Below are positions 15,141-29,170 of a stretch of 64,000 nt of DNA, one piece after another (position 1 is the stretch's first letter; the number at the start of each line of letters is the position of its first letter). The stretch lies in NCBI RefSeq assembly GCF_009914755.1, contig NC_060934.1. One strand, written 5' to 3'. The DNA is from the human T2T-CHM13v2.0 reference genome, Homo sapiens. Both the position numbers and the translations under genes were made by a program. Under the pieces are notes generated by a model, which ran no database searches, was not told the DNA's origin, and saw only the letters and a program-made list of their open reading frames with translations.

Positions 15141-15615
15141 TTTTAAGGCCAAAAAAGTGTATAGGAACCACACACACAAAAAAGAGAGAAATGTTTAACA
15201 ATTTATGAATGGCCAAATTAGTATTTGGTATTACAATATATTATATTTCAAAATAAAGACTAATATCTAACCTGTAGATTCATTTTCTTCTCTTTTCACA
15301 TAGCCTACCCCGAGAAGCTCTTTGGCTCTCAAAGCTTTAATAATTATGCCTCTGAGATAATTCCCAAATTTGGATGTATAATGAATATTCTCCTGAACCC
15401 TAGCTGCTCTTTTCAACAGGAAGTCAGATATTTTCACATGCTCATTTTTTTCTGAAATCCAAAATATCTGATTTTGAACTCTCTATCATCCTCAGAATTA
15501 TCTTTTTCCTTTAATTCACATTTCAGTAAAAAAAAAAAATAGCACCAATATTTTTCTCGATTATCCATGCACAACACATTAGAGTCATTTTAAAATACTT
15601 GACATCCTCATGCAT

Positions 15616-15786
15616 TTTTTTTTTTTCCTTTAGCAAGAGAGGGAGTCTTGCTCTGCTGCCCAGGCTGGAGTGCAGTGGTAGATCATAGCTTACTTTAGCC
15701 TCAAGCTCCTGGGCTTGATCAAGTGATCATCCTGCCTCAGCCTCTTCACTAGCTGGGACGACAGGCTAGGGCCACTATGTCCGGCT
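15616..15786 (-). mobile_element. Alu right monomer (FRAM/AluJ-like)
   Basis: Single arm: gagtcttgctctgctgcccaggctggagtgcagtgg..atcatagct ... ccactatgtccggct. Confidence 0.85.
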
Positions 15787-16048
15787 CCTTAGATTTTTAT
15801 AATATTAAGTTTTGATTCCAATCCTTTCATGATGTGTTCCCAATTCACACCATGTTATCTCCTGCTTCTTTTCTTCTAACTGTGCCCTACATTCCATATT
15901 CCTTCTCTGGGGAATGCTGCTTCCACTTTCCCACCTAGGAAGCTACTCATCCTATCAGATTGAGCTCAAATAGTTCTTCCTTTATGAATTCTTCATTAAT
16001 CCACAGGACATAGGCTGCTCACTTCTTTTCTGGGTTCCCATTTCTTAC

Positions 16049-16364
16049 TTTTTTTTTTTAAGAGATGGGGTCTTGTTCTTTCGCCCAGATGGGAGTACAG
16101 TGGTGGAATTAGAGCTCACTGCAGCCTGGAACTTCTGGGCTCAAGTGATCCTCTCGCCTAAGCCTCCTGAGTAGCTAGGACTACAGGTGTGGGCTACCAT
16201 GCCCAGCTAATATTTCCTTTTTATTTTTGTGGTGGGAGGGAAAAGTGAGGGTGTGGGGTCTCTCTTTGTTGCCCAGACTGGTCTTGAGCCCTTGGCCTCA
16301 AGCATCCTCCCATCTTAGCCTCCCAAAGTGCTGAGAATAGAGGCCTGAGCCACTGCACCCAACC
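16049..16364 (-). mobile_element. AluJ
   Basis: J-like motifs gctcactgcagcctggaacttctgggctcaagtgatcctc; diverged; extra purine-rich bases in the linker. Confidence 0.9.
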
Positions 16365-18519
16365 TGGATTCTTATTTATTACATTTATTATTCCTCTAAT
16401 TTCTGTAAGTCCTCAAGGACAGAAATTGAGTCCAAGTTCAGATTTTGTTTTTTACGTGAAGACCATAATCCTGTGTATAATACATGATCATGAAATATTT
16501 TTTAAATGCATGCATGAATGAATGAGCACATGAATGAACAAATAAGTGAATGAATCTTTGACTTCTTTATTCAGTTTCCTGGACTTCGTTCCACTGCCTT
16601 TTGTTTTTCCTTCAACCTACTTACTTGCAAAATAATTCCCTAGGTAATTTTAGTATCTGCTTAAACTGAAAAGCCAAGGCTTTCATGAAATATCTTGTAT
16701 GAAATAATTCAGCTTATTTTTCTAGTTCACAATATGTTGGCAAACTTCAAAAACATTTAGTGATTTCCAAACAGTTACATTAAGCTATCTGAAGATAGTT
16801 TTGAATGAATTCTCTACAAGTGAGGATAAATTGTAATAAACAAAAATACTTTTAATGTTGAAAGGACAAAATATTATATTTAGTGTTCTCATTCCTACAA
16901 ATCACTTGTTTCCACTTTTATTCCTATTTTTCTTGCAGACTATCAATTCTATCAGTTCAGAAACATGATAGAACCCTTTCCTAACATCTTAGGTCTCCCT
17001 TGTGGGATATAAGAAATATTCTCCTGCAGATAATAATTAGATTGATAGGTTTCAGGGTGTTTTCCTAAGGGAAACTCAGAAGTTATTTCTTCTAAAACAT
17101 TTAACAGCCCAAAATATCTAATTCAAAATTCTTAATGTTTTGGCCCCACAATAATGAAATTGTGAGTCTTTCTTTTTTTGTTATTATAGATAGAAAAAAA
17201 TTTGAAGCCAGTAAAAATTCCATAAATTGGCACATGATATGAATGCTATATTGATGGGAAAGTCTAGATAAGTAAATATAATGATTTGAAAGCACAGAGT
17301 AAGCTCCCATGGAGAAAGTATACTAAAGGGCCATTTTGCCATTATATGAACAAACAGAAGGCATTCTTACATTTTAAGTGCCATGATAATTACAATGAGA
17401 ATGATAACTAATATTTGTATAGTTGCACCCAATTGACCAGTGAAATCATGCAGAAAGGACCTGGCTAATGAGCCTGTAACAGCCAAGGTATAGGCACTGA
17501 GATAAATTCTTATCCATAATTAGGAAATGTGGTCACAAAATACAAATATCAAAGATTGCCTTTGAGGTGAGTACTTACTTGAAATGAAGGATGGGGAAGG
17601 CAGAGGAAAATATCTGTACTCAAGGTAAAGCATTCAGAGGTCAAAGACTTAGAGAAAGTAAAAGAAATGTTTACTAGAGAGGGTCAAGTTCTCTCTCAGT
17701 GTGTGCATGTTGTACGTTGTTTAAATTAAAAGTGTCTTAAGCAATTACATTTCAGAGTAGCAAAAATTTACTGTCTCTGTTTCTCTGAGGATCCCTCCCT
17801 CTATAACATTTCCTAGTACAAATACCTGAGCACTAGCGAAAAATGGGTGAGTTCCACAATCTGAAGACCAAACAAAGGACAAAAAAAGTCTGTGGTAGGA
17901 TTGAGGCAGGGTTGAGATTTTGTGTCATATGGACATGAGAGACGGAGAGATCAAAATTTTCATGAGAGAGTAGTTAAAATATGGGCAAAGCATTCTTTCT
18001 GAATAAGAAAATAAATAAAGAATTAAGTATCTAAATAAGTTTGGAGAGAATGACAAAATCTAAAATGAGACATGACGAGGTTGAGGTTAAGGTATTACAA
18101 TTTTTTTTGGAGAGAGACAGAAGTTGAAATTTAAAATTTCATTTATGAAAAAAATTCTATGCATAGAATATATTCATTAAAGTACTGTAGAAGACCAAAT
18201 AAATCCAAACTACTCTAACTAAGAGTTCTTGAAACAGACAGCGAGAATAAGGCTGACAAAAATAGTTATATTCACAAAGGTGCATCCATTGAACTATCTT
18301 ACTGTGTTTTTTTAAACCAGGTACTTTTAAACTCATTGGACTATTGGTTTAGAATACACATTATCAGAGATCACCTTTTTCTATAAAAATAACTATTTTA
18401 TTTTTGTTTTTAAAATCAGATTAATTCAATATTGTTTTTATAACTACCTACCAATCACCATCTCAAAGAAATGATATTCAGTTAAATTTCTTTTCTTAGG
18501 ATGTTTTTCACACATTTTT

Positions 18520-18818
18520 ACATTTTTAATTTTATTTTTTAAACTTTGTTTTGTTTATTTTTAAATTTTGTGGGTACATAGTAGATGTGTATATTTATGG
18601 CATACATGACATATTTTCATATGGGCATGCGATGTGAAATAAACGCATCATGGAGCATGGGGTATCCATCCTTTGAGTTACAAACAATCCAATTATACTC
18701 TTCATTTTAAAATGTACAATTAAGTTATTATTGACTATAGTCACCCTATTGTGCTATCAAATAGTAGGTCTTATTCATTCTTTCTATTTTTGTACCCATT
18801 AACCATCTCCAACTCCCT
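18520..18818 (-). mobile_element. Short L1MA (MA1/2-like) 3' end
   Basis: T-rich tail then tttgtgggtacatagtag..atatttatgg..gagttacaaacaatccaattatactct. Confidence 0.8.
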
Positions 18819-21800
18819 TAATTTTTAATTATTATGAATACATAATAGTTGTACACATTATGAGGTACATGTGATATTTTGATACAAGCATATAACATAT
18901 AATGATTAAATAAGGGTGGCTGTGGTATCTAATATTTATCTTTTTTGTGTTAGGAATATTTTAATTCTACTCCTTTAGTTATTTTGAAATGTACAATAAA
19001 TTATTGTTTACTATAGTTTCCCTATTGTGCTACCAAATGCCAGATCTTATTCCTTTTACCCAACTATATGTTTGTACCCATTAACCACATCTCATTTTTC
19101 TCTTAACTTTCATGGTTTATTATTATTATTGTTATCGTTGTTGCCACCTATTAATGAGAACATGTGATATTTGTCTTTCTGTGCCTGGCTTATTTCACTT
19201 AACGTAATATCTTACATTTCTATCCATGTTGTTGCAAATGACAAGATTTCATTCTTTTTATTGTTGAATAATATTCCATTGTGTATATGTACCACAATTT
19301 CTTTATCCATTTATCCTTTGATGGATACATAATTTTATTCCATTTCTTGGCTATTGTGAATAATGCTGCAATAAAAGTGGGAGTGCAAATATCTCCTTGA
19401 TATGCTGATTTCCTTCCCTTTGGATGTATATCCAGCAGTGGGATTGATGGATCACATGGAAGTTCTAATTTTAGATTTTGAGTAACCTCTATACTGTTCT
19501 CCACAGTGGCTGCACTAATTTGTATTCACGCCAATAGTGTACAAGAGTTTCCCTTTTTCCACATTCTCATCAGCATTTGTTACTGCTTGTCTTTTGGATA
19601 AAAGCCATTTTAACTGGGGTGAGGTGACCTCAAGGTAGTTTTAATTTGCATTTCTCTGATAATTAGTGATATGGAGCATCTTTTCATATACCAGTTTGCC
19701 ATTTGTATGTATCCTTTTGAGAAATGTCTATGCAGATCTTTTGTACATTTTTGATTGGATTGTTCTTTTCCTATTGAGTTGTTCAAGCTGCTTATAAATT
19801 CTGGCTATTAATCTCTTGTCAGATGGGTCATTGGCAAATATTTTTTTCCATCCTGTGGGTTGGCTTTTCACTTTGTTGATGATTTCCTTTGCTGTGCAGA
19901 AGAAGCTTTTTACTTTGATGTGATCCCATTTGTCCATTTATTTTCTTTGGTTGCCTGTGCTTTTGAGGTCTTACTCAAGAAATCTTTACTCAGACCAATG
20001 TCCTGAAGTTTTTCCCCAATGTTTTCTTCTAGTAGTTTCACAGTTTGCAGTCTTAGCTTTAAGTCTTTAATTCATTTAGGTTTTTGTATATAGTGAGAGA
20101 TAGAGGTCTAGTTTCATTCTTCTGCAAATGGATATCCAGCTTTCCCAGCACCATTTATTGAAGATACTCTCCTTTTCCCAATGTATTTTCTTGGCATTTT
20201 TATCCAAAATGAGTTGACTATAAATGAGTGGGTTTATTTCTGGGTTCTCTATTCTTTTCCATTGGTCTGTGTGTCTGTTTTTATGCCAGTATCATGCTGT
20301 TTGGGGTACTATAGCTTTGTAGTATAAATTTAAGTCAGGTAATGTGACGTCTCCAGCTTCAGTCTTTTTCTCAGGATTGCTTTGGCTATTATGGGTCTTT
20401 TGTGGTTCCATATACATTTTAGGATTACTTTTTCTGTTTCTGTGAAGAATGTCATTGGTATTTTGACACAGATTGCATGGAATTTGTAGACTGCTTTGGG
20501 TAGTATGAACATTTTAACAATATTGATTCTTCTCATCCATGAACATGAAATATATGGCCATTTTTGTGTCCCCTTCAATTTCTTTCATCAATGTTTTACA
20601 GTTTTATTGTACAGATATTTCACTTCTTTGGTTAATTCCTGGGTATTTTATTTTATTTGTGGCTATTGTAATGGGATTACTTTCTTGGTTTCTTTTTTTC
20701 AGACTGCTTGCTGTTGTTATATAGAAATGCTACTGGTTTTTATACATTAATTTTGTAGCCTGAAACTTTACTGAATTTATCAGATCCAGTAACTTTTGGG
20801 ATAGTCTTTAGTTTTTTTAAGATAAAAAATCGGCCGGGCGTGATGGCTTACGCCTGTAATCCCAGCACTTCGGGAGGCCGAGGCAGGCAGATCATGAGGT
20901 CAGGAGTTTGAGACCAGCCTGACTAACATGGCGAAACCCCATCTCTACTAAAAATACAGAAATTAGCTGGGTATGGTGGTATGCACCTGTAATCCCAGTT
21001 ACTCAGGAGGCTGAAGCAGGAGAATCGCTTGAACCTGGGAGACAGAGGTTGTAGTGAGCCAAGGTCACACCACTGCACTCCAGCCTGGGCGACAGAGCGA
21101 GACTCCATCTCAAAAAAAAAAAAAAAAAAAAAAAAGATATAAAATCATATCATCTGCAAGCAAGGATAATTTGACTCATTTCTTTTCAATTTGAATGACT
21201 TTTATTTCTTTCTCTTGTCTAATTGCTCTGGCTAGGACTTCTAGTATTATGTTCAATAAAAGTGGTGAAAGTGGGAATCCTTGTCTTATTTCAGCTGTTA
21301 AAGGAGAGGCTTTCAGGTTTTCCCCATTCAGTGTGATGCTAGCTGTGGGTTTGTTATATATAGCGTTTATCTTATTGAGATATTTTTCATTTTGAGGACA
21401 AATACATACTTGTTGAGGGTTTTTACCATGAAGGGATGTTGAATGTTATCAGATTTTTTTTAAGAATCTTTTGAAATAATTGTATGGTTTGCATCCTTCA
21501 TTCTGTTGGTATGATGTATCACACTTATTGATTTGCATATGTTGAACCACTGTTGCATTTCTGGAATGAATCCCTCTCAATGATGATGAATGTACTTTTT
21601 AATGTGTTGTGAATTCTGTTTGCTAGTATTTTGTTGAGTATTTTTTTTATCATGTTCATCAGAGGTATTGGCCTGTCATTTTCCTCTTCTGCTGTCTTTT
21701 CATCTGGTTTTGGTATTAGGATAATACTAGCCTCATAGAATGAGTTAGGAAGTACTCCCTCCTCCTCACATTTTAGAAATAATTTCAGTAGGATTGACAT

Positions 21801-21997
21801 TATTTATTTTTAAATTGTTTGGTAGAACCCAACAGTGAAGCCATTAGCTTTTAGCCATTTCTTTTATGGGAGACTTCTGTTAATATCTCAATACTTGTTA
21901 TTTGTCTATTCAGGTTTTGGATTTCTTCAGCATTCAATCTTGGTACTTGCATATGGTTAGGAACTCCTCCATTTCTTCTAGGTTTTCCACTTTGTTG
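18819..21997 (-). mobile_element. 5'-truncated L1MA (MA4-6-like), 3' UTR plus degenerate ORF2, sense to CTNNA3
   Basis: Minus-strand ORF2 fragments (..[22 protein letters not shown].., ..CTPTFIAALFTIAK.., ..MEYYS..). Confidence 0.92.
20832..21135 (+). mobile_element. AluS nested in L1MA
   Basis: Full dimer; TSD aagataaaaaatc / aagatataaaatc. Confidence 0.96.
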
Positions 21998-22011
21998 GCA
22001 GAGAGATTAAA

Positions 22012-22445
22012 TGTATAAATGAACAATGGCCAGAATTTATATGACAGTAGAGCTTTGACCATAACCTCTGCAGCAACCAGTCCTGGAAATTAAACCACAG
22101 CTTATGTAGCAATAGACCCAGAATGGACATGATTTGGTCAATGACAGCCAACTTACCTATATTTGCCAAAGCTTTCAATTCAGTAAGAATCAGAGAAAGC
22201 CAAATATACCCCTCAAACCCATCTCATAAAATGTCCTGCTCCTATTTAGTCTACCTGAAACTTCTCTACCTCAACAGTATCCCATCAGAAAATACTAGAA
22301 ATCTCCTTTTTAAAGCTTTCCTTTTCCCTGCCTGTTTTTGAGACTCTGCCCAAAGCAAGTGATGGTAGCTGATTCCTCTGTAAGGTCTGAATAGTAAAGT
22401 CTGGATGAGCAGTCCCTGTATGTTCTCATTCTGTTTATTCCCACA
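22012..22445 (+). mobile_element. Old solo-LTR-like element (ERVL class suspected)
   Basis: Begins tgt, ends aca; motif aacctctgcagcaaccag..aaaccacag..tgtagcaat; family not firmly identified. Confidence 0.45.
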
Positions 22446-25400
22446 TTTTTGTATTAATATAATTTAACTATAACACCTAAAATCTCTGAAGATTCACACG
22501 ATACAGAACCGGTCTGCCACTTAGGAACTAAAATAGCCATTTCACTAAATTTTCTGACAAATTTACTACAGAGTTTAGAAATTGAAATTGAGATTTCAGG
22601 TAAAAGCATTTATGCCTTCCCAGTTAATTTTAATAAACAATTACTAAGATCTTATTTAAGCTGAATGTTTGCTCATTACTTATCATGATTAGCAATCATC
22701 CTGTACATTTTTATCATGTAAAAGTAACTGACAGATAAAATCAGTCTCCTTTATATTAAAGCATTTCTCATCAGCATTACTAAATAGTTTCTAGTGATTC
22801 AAGACTACATAAAGTAAAATAAACGGATTATTTACAGGGAGAATATTTATGGGAAAGGCAATGATTATTGCTTATAATTACTCTAACACACTATCCAATA
22901 GGAAAAAAAGTAAGCCATCATTCTGGAGCACAGCAAAAAATAATTTTTCCTTCCAGATATAATTATTTCAAACATATAATGAATGTTTTCTTAAAAGTAT
23001 AAGCTGAAAAGCCAGGCATGTTTTTCAAAATTGTAAATAATCCTCTTATCCCATATTTTATATTTCAATTATTTGTTAGATATTTGTGTATATTTACCAC
23101 ACATATGAGAAAGAGAATTCAGTAGTCTTATCAAGTAATGTAAAAAATGGACTTCTCTGCCTTTACAGTTTAAATCATAAGACATAGACTGTTTCTAAAT
23201 GGGGAAAACATAAAACTTACCAATATTTCTAATTCCCTTTGCTGTGTGTGCTACAACATTTAAATTGCTATTGTCATTAACACATTATATTAGAATATAA
23301 ATGTTTCACCTCAGAAAGCAAAACGAGTCATGTGCAAAGAGATTTCTTATTTAATGAACAAAAAGATATGAGCCATAGAACATACAGATTTCACATACTC
23401 CAACTATGCTTTCAGAAAGATTTAATTCTGAAACCCTAGCAGAAGTGAGGCCAGGTGAGTTTCCTCCCTCCCTCGCTTCATTTTCTATTCCATCTCTCAG
23501 GGTTGTATCTTAGAAAAGACAGCGGGGGCAGAAATGCTTTGTAAATGCAAGCTTGTTTCCAGTGGGAAGTATGCACAGGGTACAAAATAAGTTCAACCCC
23601 ACCTCCCAACCTAGTTCTTCATCCACCATCCCTCTGAAGCTGTGCATCCCAAGGATTCTTTTTGATGATGAATGCAACATTATTTCTACATGGCTATTTT
23701 TGAGTGTTGCTTTGGTTTCCCTTCTGTTTGACAGATTTTAAAACATCTCCCCCATTGTCCAGTCAGATCTTAGGCTCTCCTGGACATGAGGAAAGCTGAG
23801 AGCTCAGTGCTTCCAAACAAACCCTATTTGATCCACATATTCCTCCATGTTTTTGGTTAATTCTTGAGTGCAACAGGCCATGCTTAAAATGGACAGAGTA
23901 AGAAAACACCTGGCTCACTTGCAGACAAGTTGGCTTAGTTAGCTGGCTCATCAAAATTCTGAGACCATGTTTAGGGATATTATAGAAACATAATACCAGA
24001 AGGATTACTGGCTGTGATATTAAGTAACAGGATGAGGTCAGGCCAGCCTTTTTAGAAAATGCAGCATACATGCTTTCTCTTGGGTAACTAATCAAAACTT
24101 TTTAGAAAGTTGTCTTCTTCCCATGTTTATTATACATATGGTTAGACTTGTGTTATAATTGACCTTTCAAGTTGTGATGTTTCAGGGGCACCTGAATAAC
24201 CTTGTGATTGACCACATTTGTCCCAAGAAGGTTGGCCCATTACCAGACAAATGATGTCTATTAACAAAGAGGTTTTTCAGCTGTATAAATTATCATACCA
24301 TAATTTATTTTTTCTTACTGGTAAATATTGATCTTCATATTTTCAGAGGGGGGAGTATCAGGAAGGAATTAGCCCCATTTTGGTAAGGAAAATTGGCATC
24401 TCATTTGGCTGACAAATAACCCGTTTTCTGTAGCTATTTCTGTCCAAAGTTCTCTTCAGAACATCATTCTCATAAATACAGAATTGTGTCATTGAATAAA
24501 ATTAAAATGAAGACAGCTGGATAATGAAGGTCCTTTCCGTTCTTTTATTGTCTGTTCAACAAACTAATAGACTTCATTCAACACCTGCCAGAGTCTCAGA
24601 TGCCTGAGTATAAGTAGACTCAGGTATAAAAACCTTGAAAATCTTTACTTTCCCTATTTATATCTCAGCTCCTAGCAACATTCTGCATTCCTTTCAGAGA
24701 TGAATTTCTGCACCAGCTCGTCTGCTCCTAACTGTTATCTTTCCTTTATATCTTTTTCTTTCCCTGTCTGCTTTGCTGCCCATCTCCTTGTTCTCCTCAA
24801 TTCTTCTTCCATGCTATCTTATGTTGCTCTGGCTCTAAATTCTCCACTGTGTTCACTGTATGTCCTTAATACCAAGGACAAGGACAGTACCTAATATTCA
24901 GCAGATTCTCAGTGAATGAGCCAATGGAAATTCTAGAAAAATCTGTATAAATTTAGTAAAATTAGTACATATTTTTCAAGTAAAAACACATCACATTGTA
25001 TCTTGAAATATACAATTTCATGAGGATAGGGATGTCACTTTGGCATATCTTTGAATAAATAGTTTTAAGCATGTTGGTGCTTAGAGCAGCTTTACTTTCT
25101 TTTAGGTATTTTCAATTTTATTACTTTAATAATATTCACACTAAAGGTGGTACACTCTTAACAGTCATTATTTTTGCAAAGGTAATATACTGGTTTGTAT
25201 TATTTATTCAAGGAAGAGTTATGTTTTGCCTTTTACCCCATAATTTTTCTGCAACTTTTAAGGAAATGCATCCTAGGTGATCACAGAAGATATAATTAAA
25301 TATCTGGAAGTTATACCTAGAGCCTGTCTTCTGCTCACATCAGGGAAGGAATGAAATGGGTCTCAAGTGTTATGAAAGTCACAAAATGTGGGAACTGTTT

Positions 25401-27169
25401 AAGTTCACAGTCAAGATTCCGCGTGGACAGAATTTACCTAAGAGGGAGAGCAAAAAACGGGGCCATAATTTATGAAAAAAATAATATCTAATCTAATATC
25501 TAACTCTCATAAAGAGAAAACTTTCACAACCTTAATAAAAACTAATGGGCTTCCAGGTTAAGATGGCAAACTGACACATGTATCTAATTTTGCTCCTTTT
25601 CAAGTCTCACTAAAACTATATATGAGTTATTTTTGTTTATTTCTAAAGACTTAAACACACTAGCACGGAGAGAATGGAATGGAAGATAAAATAACAGCAA
25701 GAAATATTAACAAACTCAAAAGCAGATGACAAGTACTAAATGACATAGCCAATCGGAGAAAGTCAGAGTTCAAACCAGCAACAGGGAAAATTAAGAATCA
25801 AGTGATTTTATGCAGAAAGACTTAGGTATGATTAAACTTGGGGATGAAGAGAGGGACTGAAAAAGGCAGTTTGATCCCATCTCCTATTTCACACCACTGA
25901 ATATCTACCCCCACCTCAGCCCAGCATAATTCCAGATATTATTCTCTGAAGAGGATAAAATAGTCTTTGCATTGTGGGTCTTTAGACTTATTTTAGGGGT
26001 GGGGTACATTTTATGAACAACAGGGTGATTAAATGAATGTGTGAATACTCAATGCTAAGTGTCAAGGTCCCAGTCACCCCATCCTCTACCACTCTGCTCC
26101 TAGTTCCTTACCTTCTAGGAAGAAATTTGAAAGATGTTTTTCTGGGAAAGAAAGTGATTAGTACAAGAAGAAATACTTGCTTTCCTCTAGAAAGTTTTAA
26201 ATCCTTTACTCTGATTCTAGAAAATATCAGAAGATGTATAAAAGGAATGCTGGGTTGTTAGAAGATGCCACCTTCTCAATGTTAACAATGTAACACAGTT
26301 TATGTGACTGTAGGAATGGCCCTTCACCAAGGAGAAATCATGTTTTCAAATCATAAAGCCTGACTTCTCTGCCCTTGAATAAGGCTATCACAAGGGGAAC
26401 AGAGATGCCTTGCTGCATTTGTAACTGTGCACAAATGACTAGAGTAGAACTTGCTCCACATCTTCAGTTTAGGCTGGAAGGTCAAGGTTCATGTGCCAAT
26501 ACTCAGAAATGGCTACATCAAGTTTTATGTAAGTAATTTTTTCACACTGCTGATACAGTACTTTCTATGAGTTTATTGTGTTTGAATTAGTCTATACCAG
26601 ACTTTCTCCAAAGCGCATCTAATTATGAGTCTCCAACTGTGGCCGGATCCATATGGGTGGTCTCTGCTACAGTGCCACGCATAAATGCCTGTCCCTCTTC
26701 TCACTTATCATTTCCATTATGCCCCTACCATGATCATAATCCTTCAGTTGTTACGTATCTCCTACTTCATAAAAAGAAAAACTGTCAATTTTCTAAGGCC
26801 TTTTATAACCTATCACTTTCTTCATGCCCATCTTAATTTCCTTCTTTTTCATATTTTTTTTCTTAGAGCCCCTAAATGGACGTGACTCATTCCTACCTGC
26901 TGGCCTCCATTCTCATGAACTTTCTCACATACATCATCACCTTCCATGACTCAACCCCACACCTCATTCAAAATCGAATACAAATTTCATTTGTTCATAC
27001 TTTTTCTTCTGTGCTTATTCTCCACAAACTCTCTCTCTTCCAAAATCCTAACAGATTGAACATTTAACAGTTTAACAACACATAACATAATTATTGTTAT
27101 CTCTGATGTGTCAATTTGTTTCTTCCTTGAGGAAAGAACTGATTGGGTCTTATCCTGTGTTTAGCACAG

Positions 27170-27410
27170 GGTAAAGACTTGTTGTACAATGGGTAGGTGC
27201 CCAAATTCTGAAGTCGGACCAACCTCCATTCAAAATTAACTTTGCTTGTGTGTCCTTGGGCAATTTATCTGACCTCTATTTCTTTATTAATAAAATGGAG
27301 GGTATAATAATCAATCAAACTGTCTAGAGGATAAACAAGAAAACATGTTTTTCTCAAGATACAGTACACAGTAAGCACTCATCAAAGTTTAGCTATCATT
27401 ATGTCTTTTA
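27170..27410 (+). mobile_element. MIR
   Basis: tgtgtgtccttgggcaatttatctgacctct..taaaatggagggtataata..cagtaagcactca..gttttagctatcattat. Confidence 0.7.
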
Positions 27411-28375
27411 TTAATAAAATAATATTTGAATAAAATGAGAAAACAGCATTTTGTGGCACTTCAGAAGATATAAAGCATGAGCTATTTTTTCTTTTATTAT
27501 TTTTAAACTATAGAGCTATTTAAAATCTATATGGAGGACTTCAAGTGTACTACTACTACCACCAAATGGGGGACTACTAGCTGATAAATACTGCACTGCC
27601 AGCTGTGACCCTCACTCTCACAGGTCCCACTACAAACAAGCGAAAAACCTGCAATGAAAGAAATGTGACAAAGGTGGAACCAAGGAATAGCCTATATATA
27701 AAACTGCTAAGTTTAACCCTCAGAAAAACATTACGGTGTCTGAGAAGAAACTCTTGAAACAGAATTGGGAATAAAATAGAAGTAAAGAACAGATTTCATT
27801 CATTTTAAAACAATTGGAGATTTATCACAGTTTATATGAACTGAAATTTAGGTGACTCTGGATTCAGTTCAAGCACAAGAGATTATCAGAGTCTAAAATT
27901 CAATTTTACTACCCTTCCTTTATTGCAGTTCAAACACACAATATTCCTGTTCTGTGGATGCCTTTGCTAGTGATGGCTATAGACTGAGAGAATGTTGGGC
28001 TGCTTAGCTTTTGTAAAACATGAAATGTGTCTATTTTCAAATGATTTGTCACTCTATGGAGTTATGAATCCCCTTCTAACACCCCAGCTACAGATTAGGA
28101 TACCCTCAAAGCCACTGATTTGTCAGAATCCTTTTACAACTTGATTCAGAGTATGCCAACAGTAAGATATTAATTCCTTTAGGAGGGAGACATGTACAGA
28201 GCAGGAAAAAATACTACAAGGAGGTCTGTAACCTCACCATCTGTCAAGTGACATGCTGTTATTTTTCCACTTTGGCTCTACTCCCCAATATCAGTTCCTT
28301 TCTTTCCCAGTGTAGACCCAGTCATTTCAATATATCCTTCTTAGTAGTTTCAGTTCTGCTCCTTTCCAGCCAATG

Positions 28376-28522
28376 ACTGGATACATGTATATATATATAT
28401 AGATATAGATATAGATAGATAGATAGATAGATAGATAGATCTATATATAGATTTATATATCCAGTTGGATATGTATGTATAAATCTCTCTCTCTCTCTAT
28501 ATATATAATATATATATATATT
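28376..28522. repeat. Compound (TA)n/(GATA)n/(CT)n microsatellite
   Basis: About 7 ATAG units at 28411-28440 flanked by TA and CT runs. Confidence 0.95.
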
Positions 28523-29170
28523 CCTAGTCGATTACCTTTTATATATCAAGATCTGCTTCTCTATCAAAGTTGTCACTCCATGTTTGTCTTCTGAAGGCTT
28601 CTCATATTCCACAGATGGCATTACCCCACAAATAGAAGCTGTTAGGTATTTACTTCTGAAATTTCTTTCACTTTTTTTACACATTCCTTTACTCTTTTAG
28701 AGAGAGATTTCTTCCTCTTTCCCATGGTTCCTAGATCAAAAGATTCCTATACGCCACTATGTTAAATGACAGATTTTTAAATAATTTTATTTTTAAAAAA
28801 CTAGTAAGCTTACTAAATCTAAATATTAGAAATACTGATATTATTGGTATGATTTATAATGCTATTGCTTTTTTATATTTACCCTAAATTTTCATTTTAT
28901 TCTCATTTTCTAACTTATCTTCTCTACATTAATTTTGTCTACTGATATGGAACATTTATTCTATTTAATTCTATTTTCATTATTGTAAAGATGTCTTGGA
29001 AATTTAAAATGCATATAATGCATATAATTTTCTATGTAGCAAAGTATGTTAATACTTTAAACTTCTTCCTGAATATAAGAATAGTAGGCCATTTAACTCT
29101 GATCTTCAACCCTTACACTTCTCCTATGTAGTGTGGTCACTTCAAATAGTCTTTTTTTGTTGTCATTGAT

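Larger units (their letters stand above)
15340..16556 (+). mobile_element. Fragmented L2 hosting two old Alu elements
   Basis: L2-like body and 3' tail tgcatgaatgaatgag..tgaatgaa. Confidence 0.5.

Noticed and set aside
23763-24095. 110-aa minus-strand ORF in non-repeat sequence
   Set aside because: Non-ATG start, no family similarity recognised, not alpha-catenin; length compatible with chance.
25545-26150. Possible old L1 5' end (ttccaggttaagatggc..)
   Set aside because: Too diverged to assign family or boundaries without a Dfam search.
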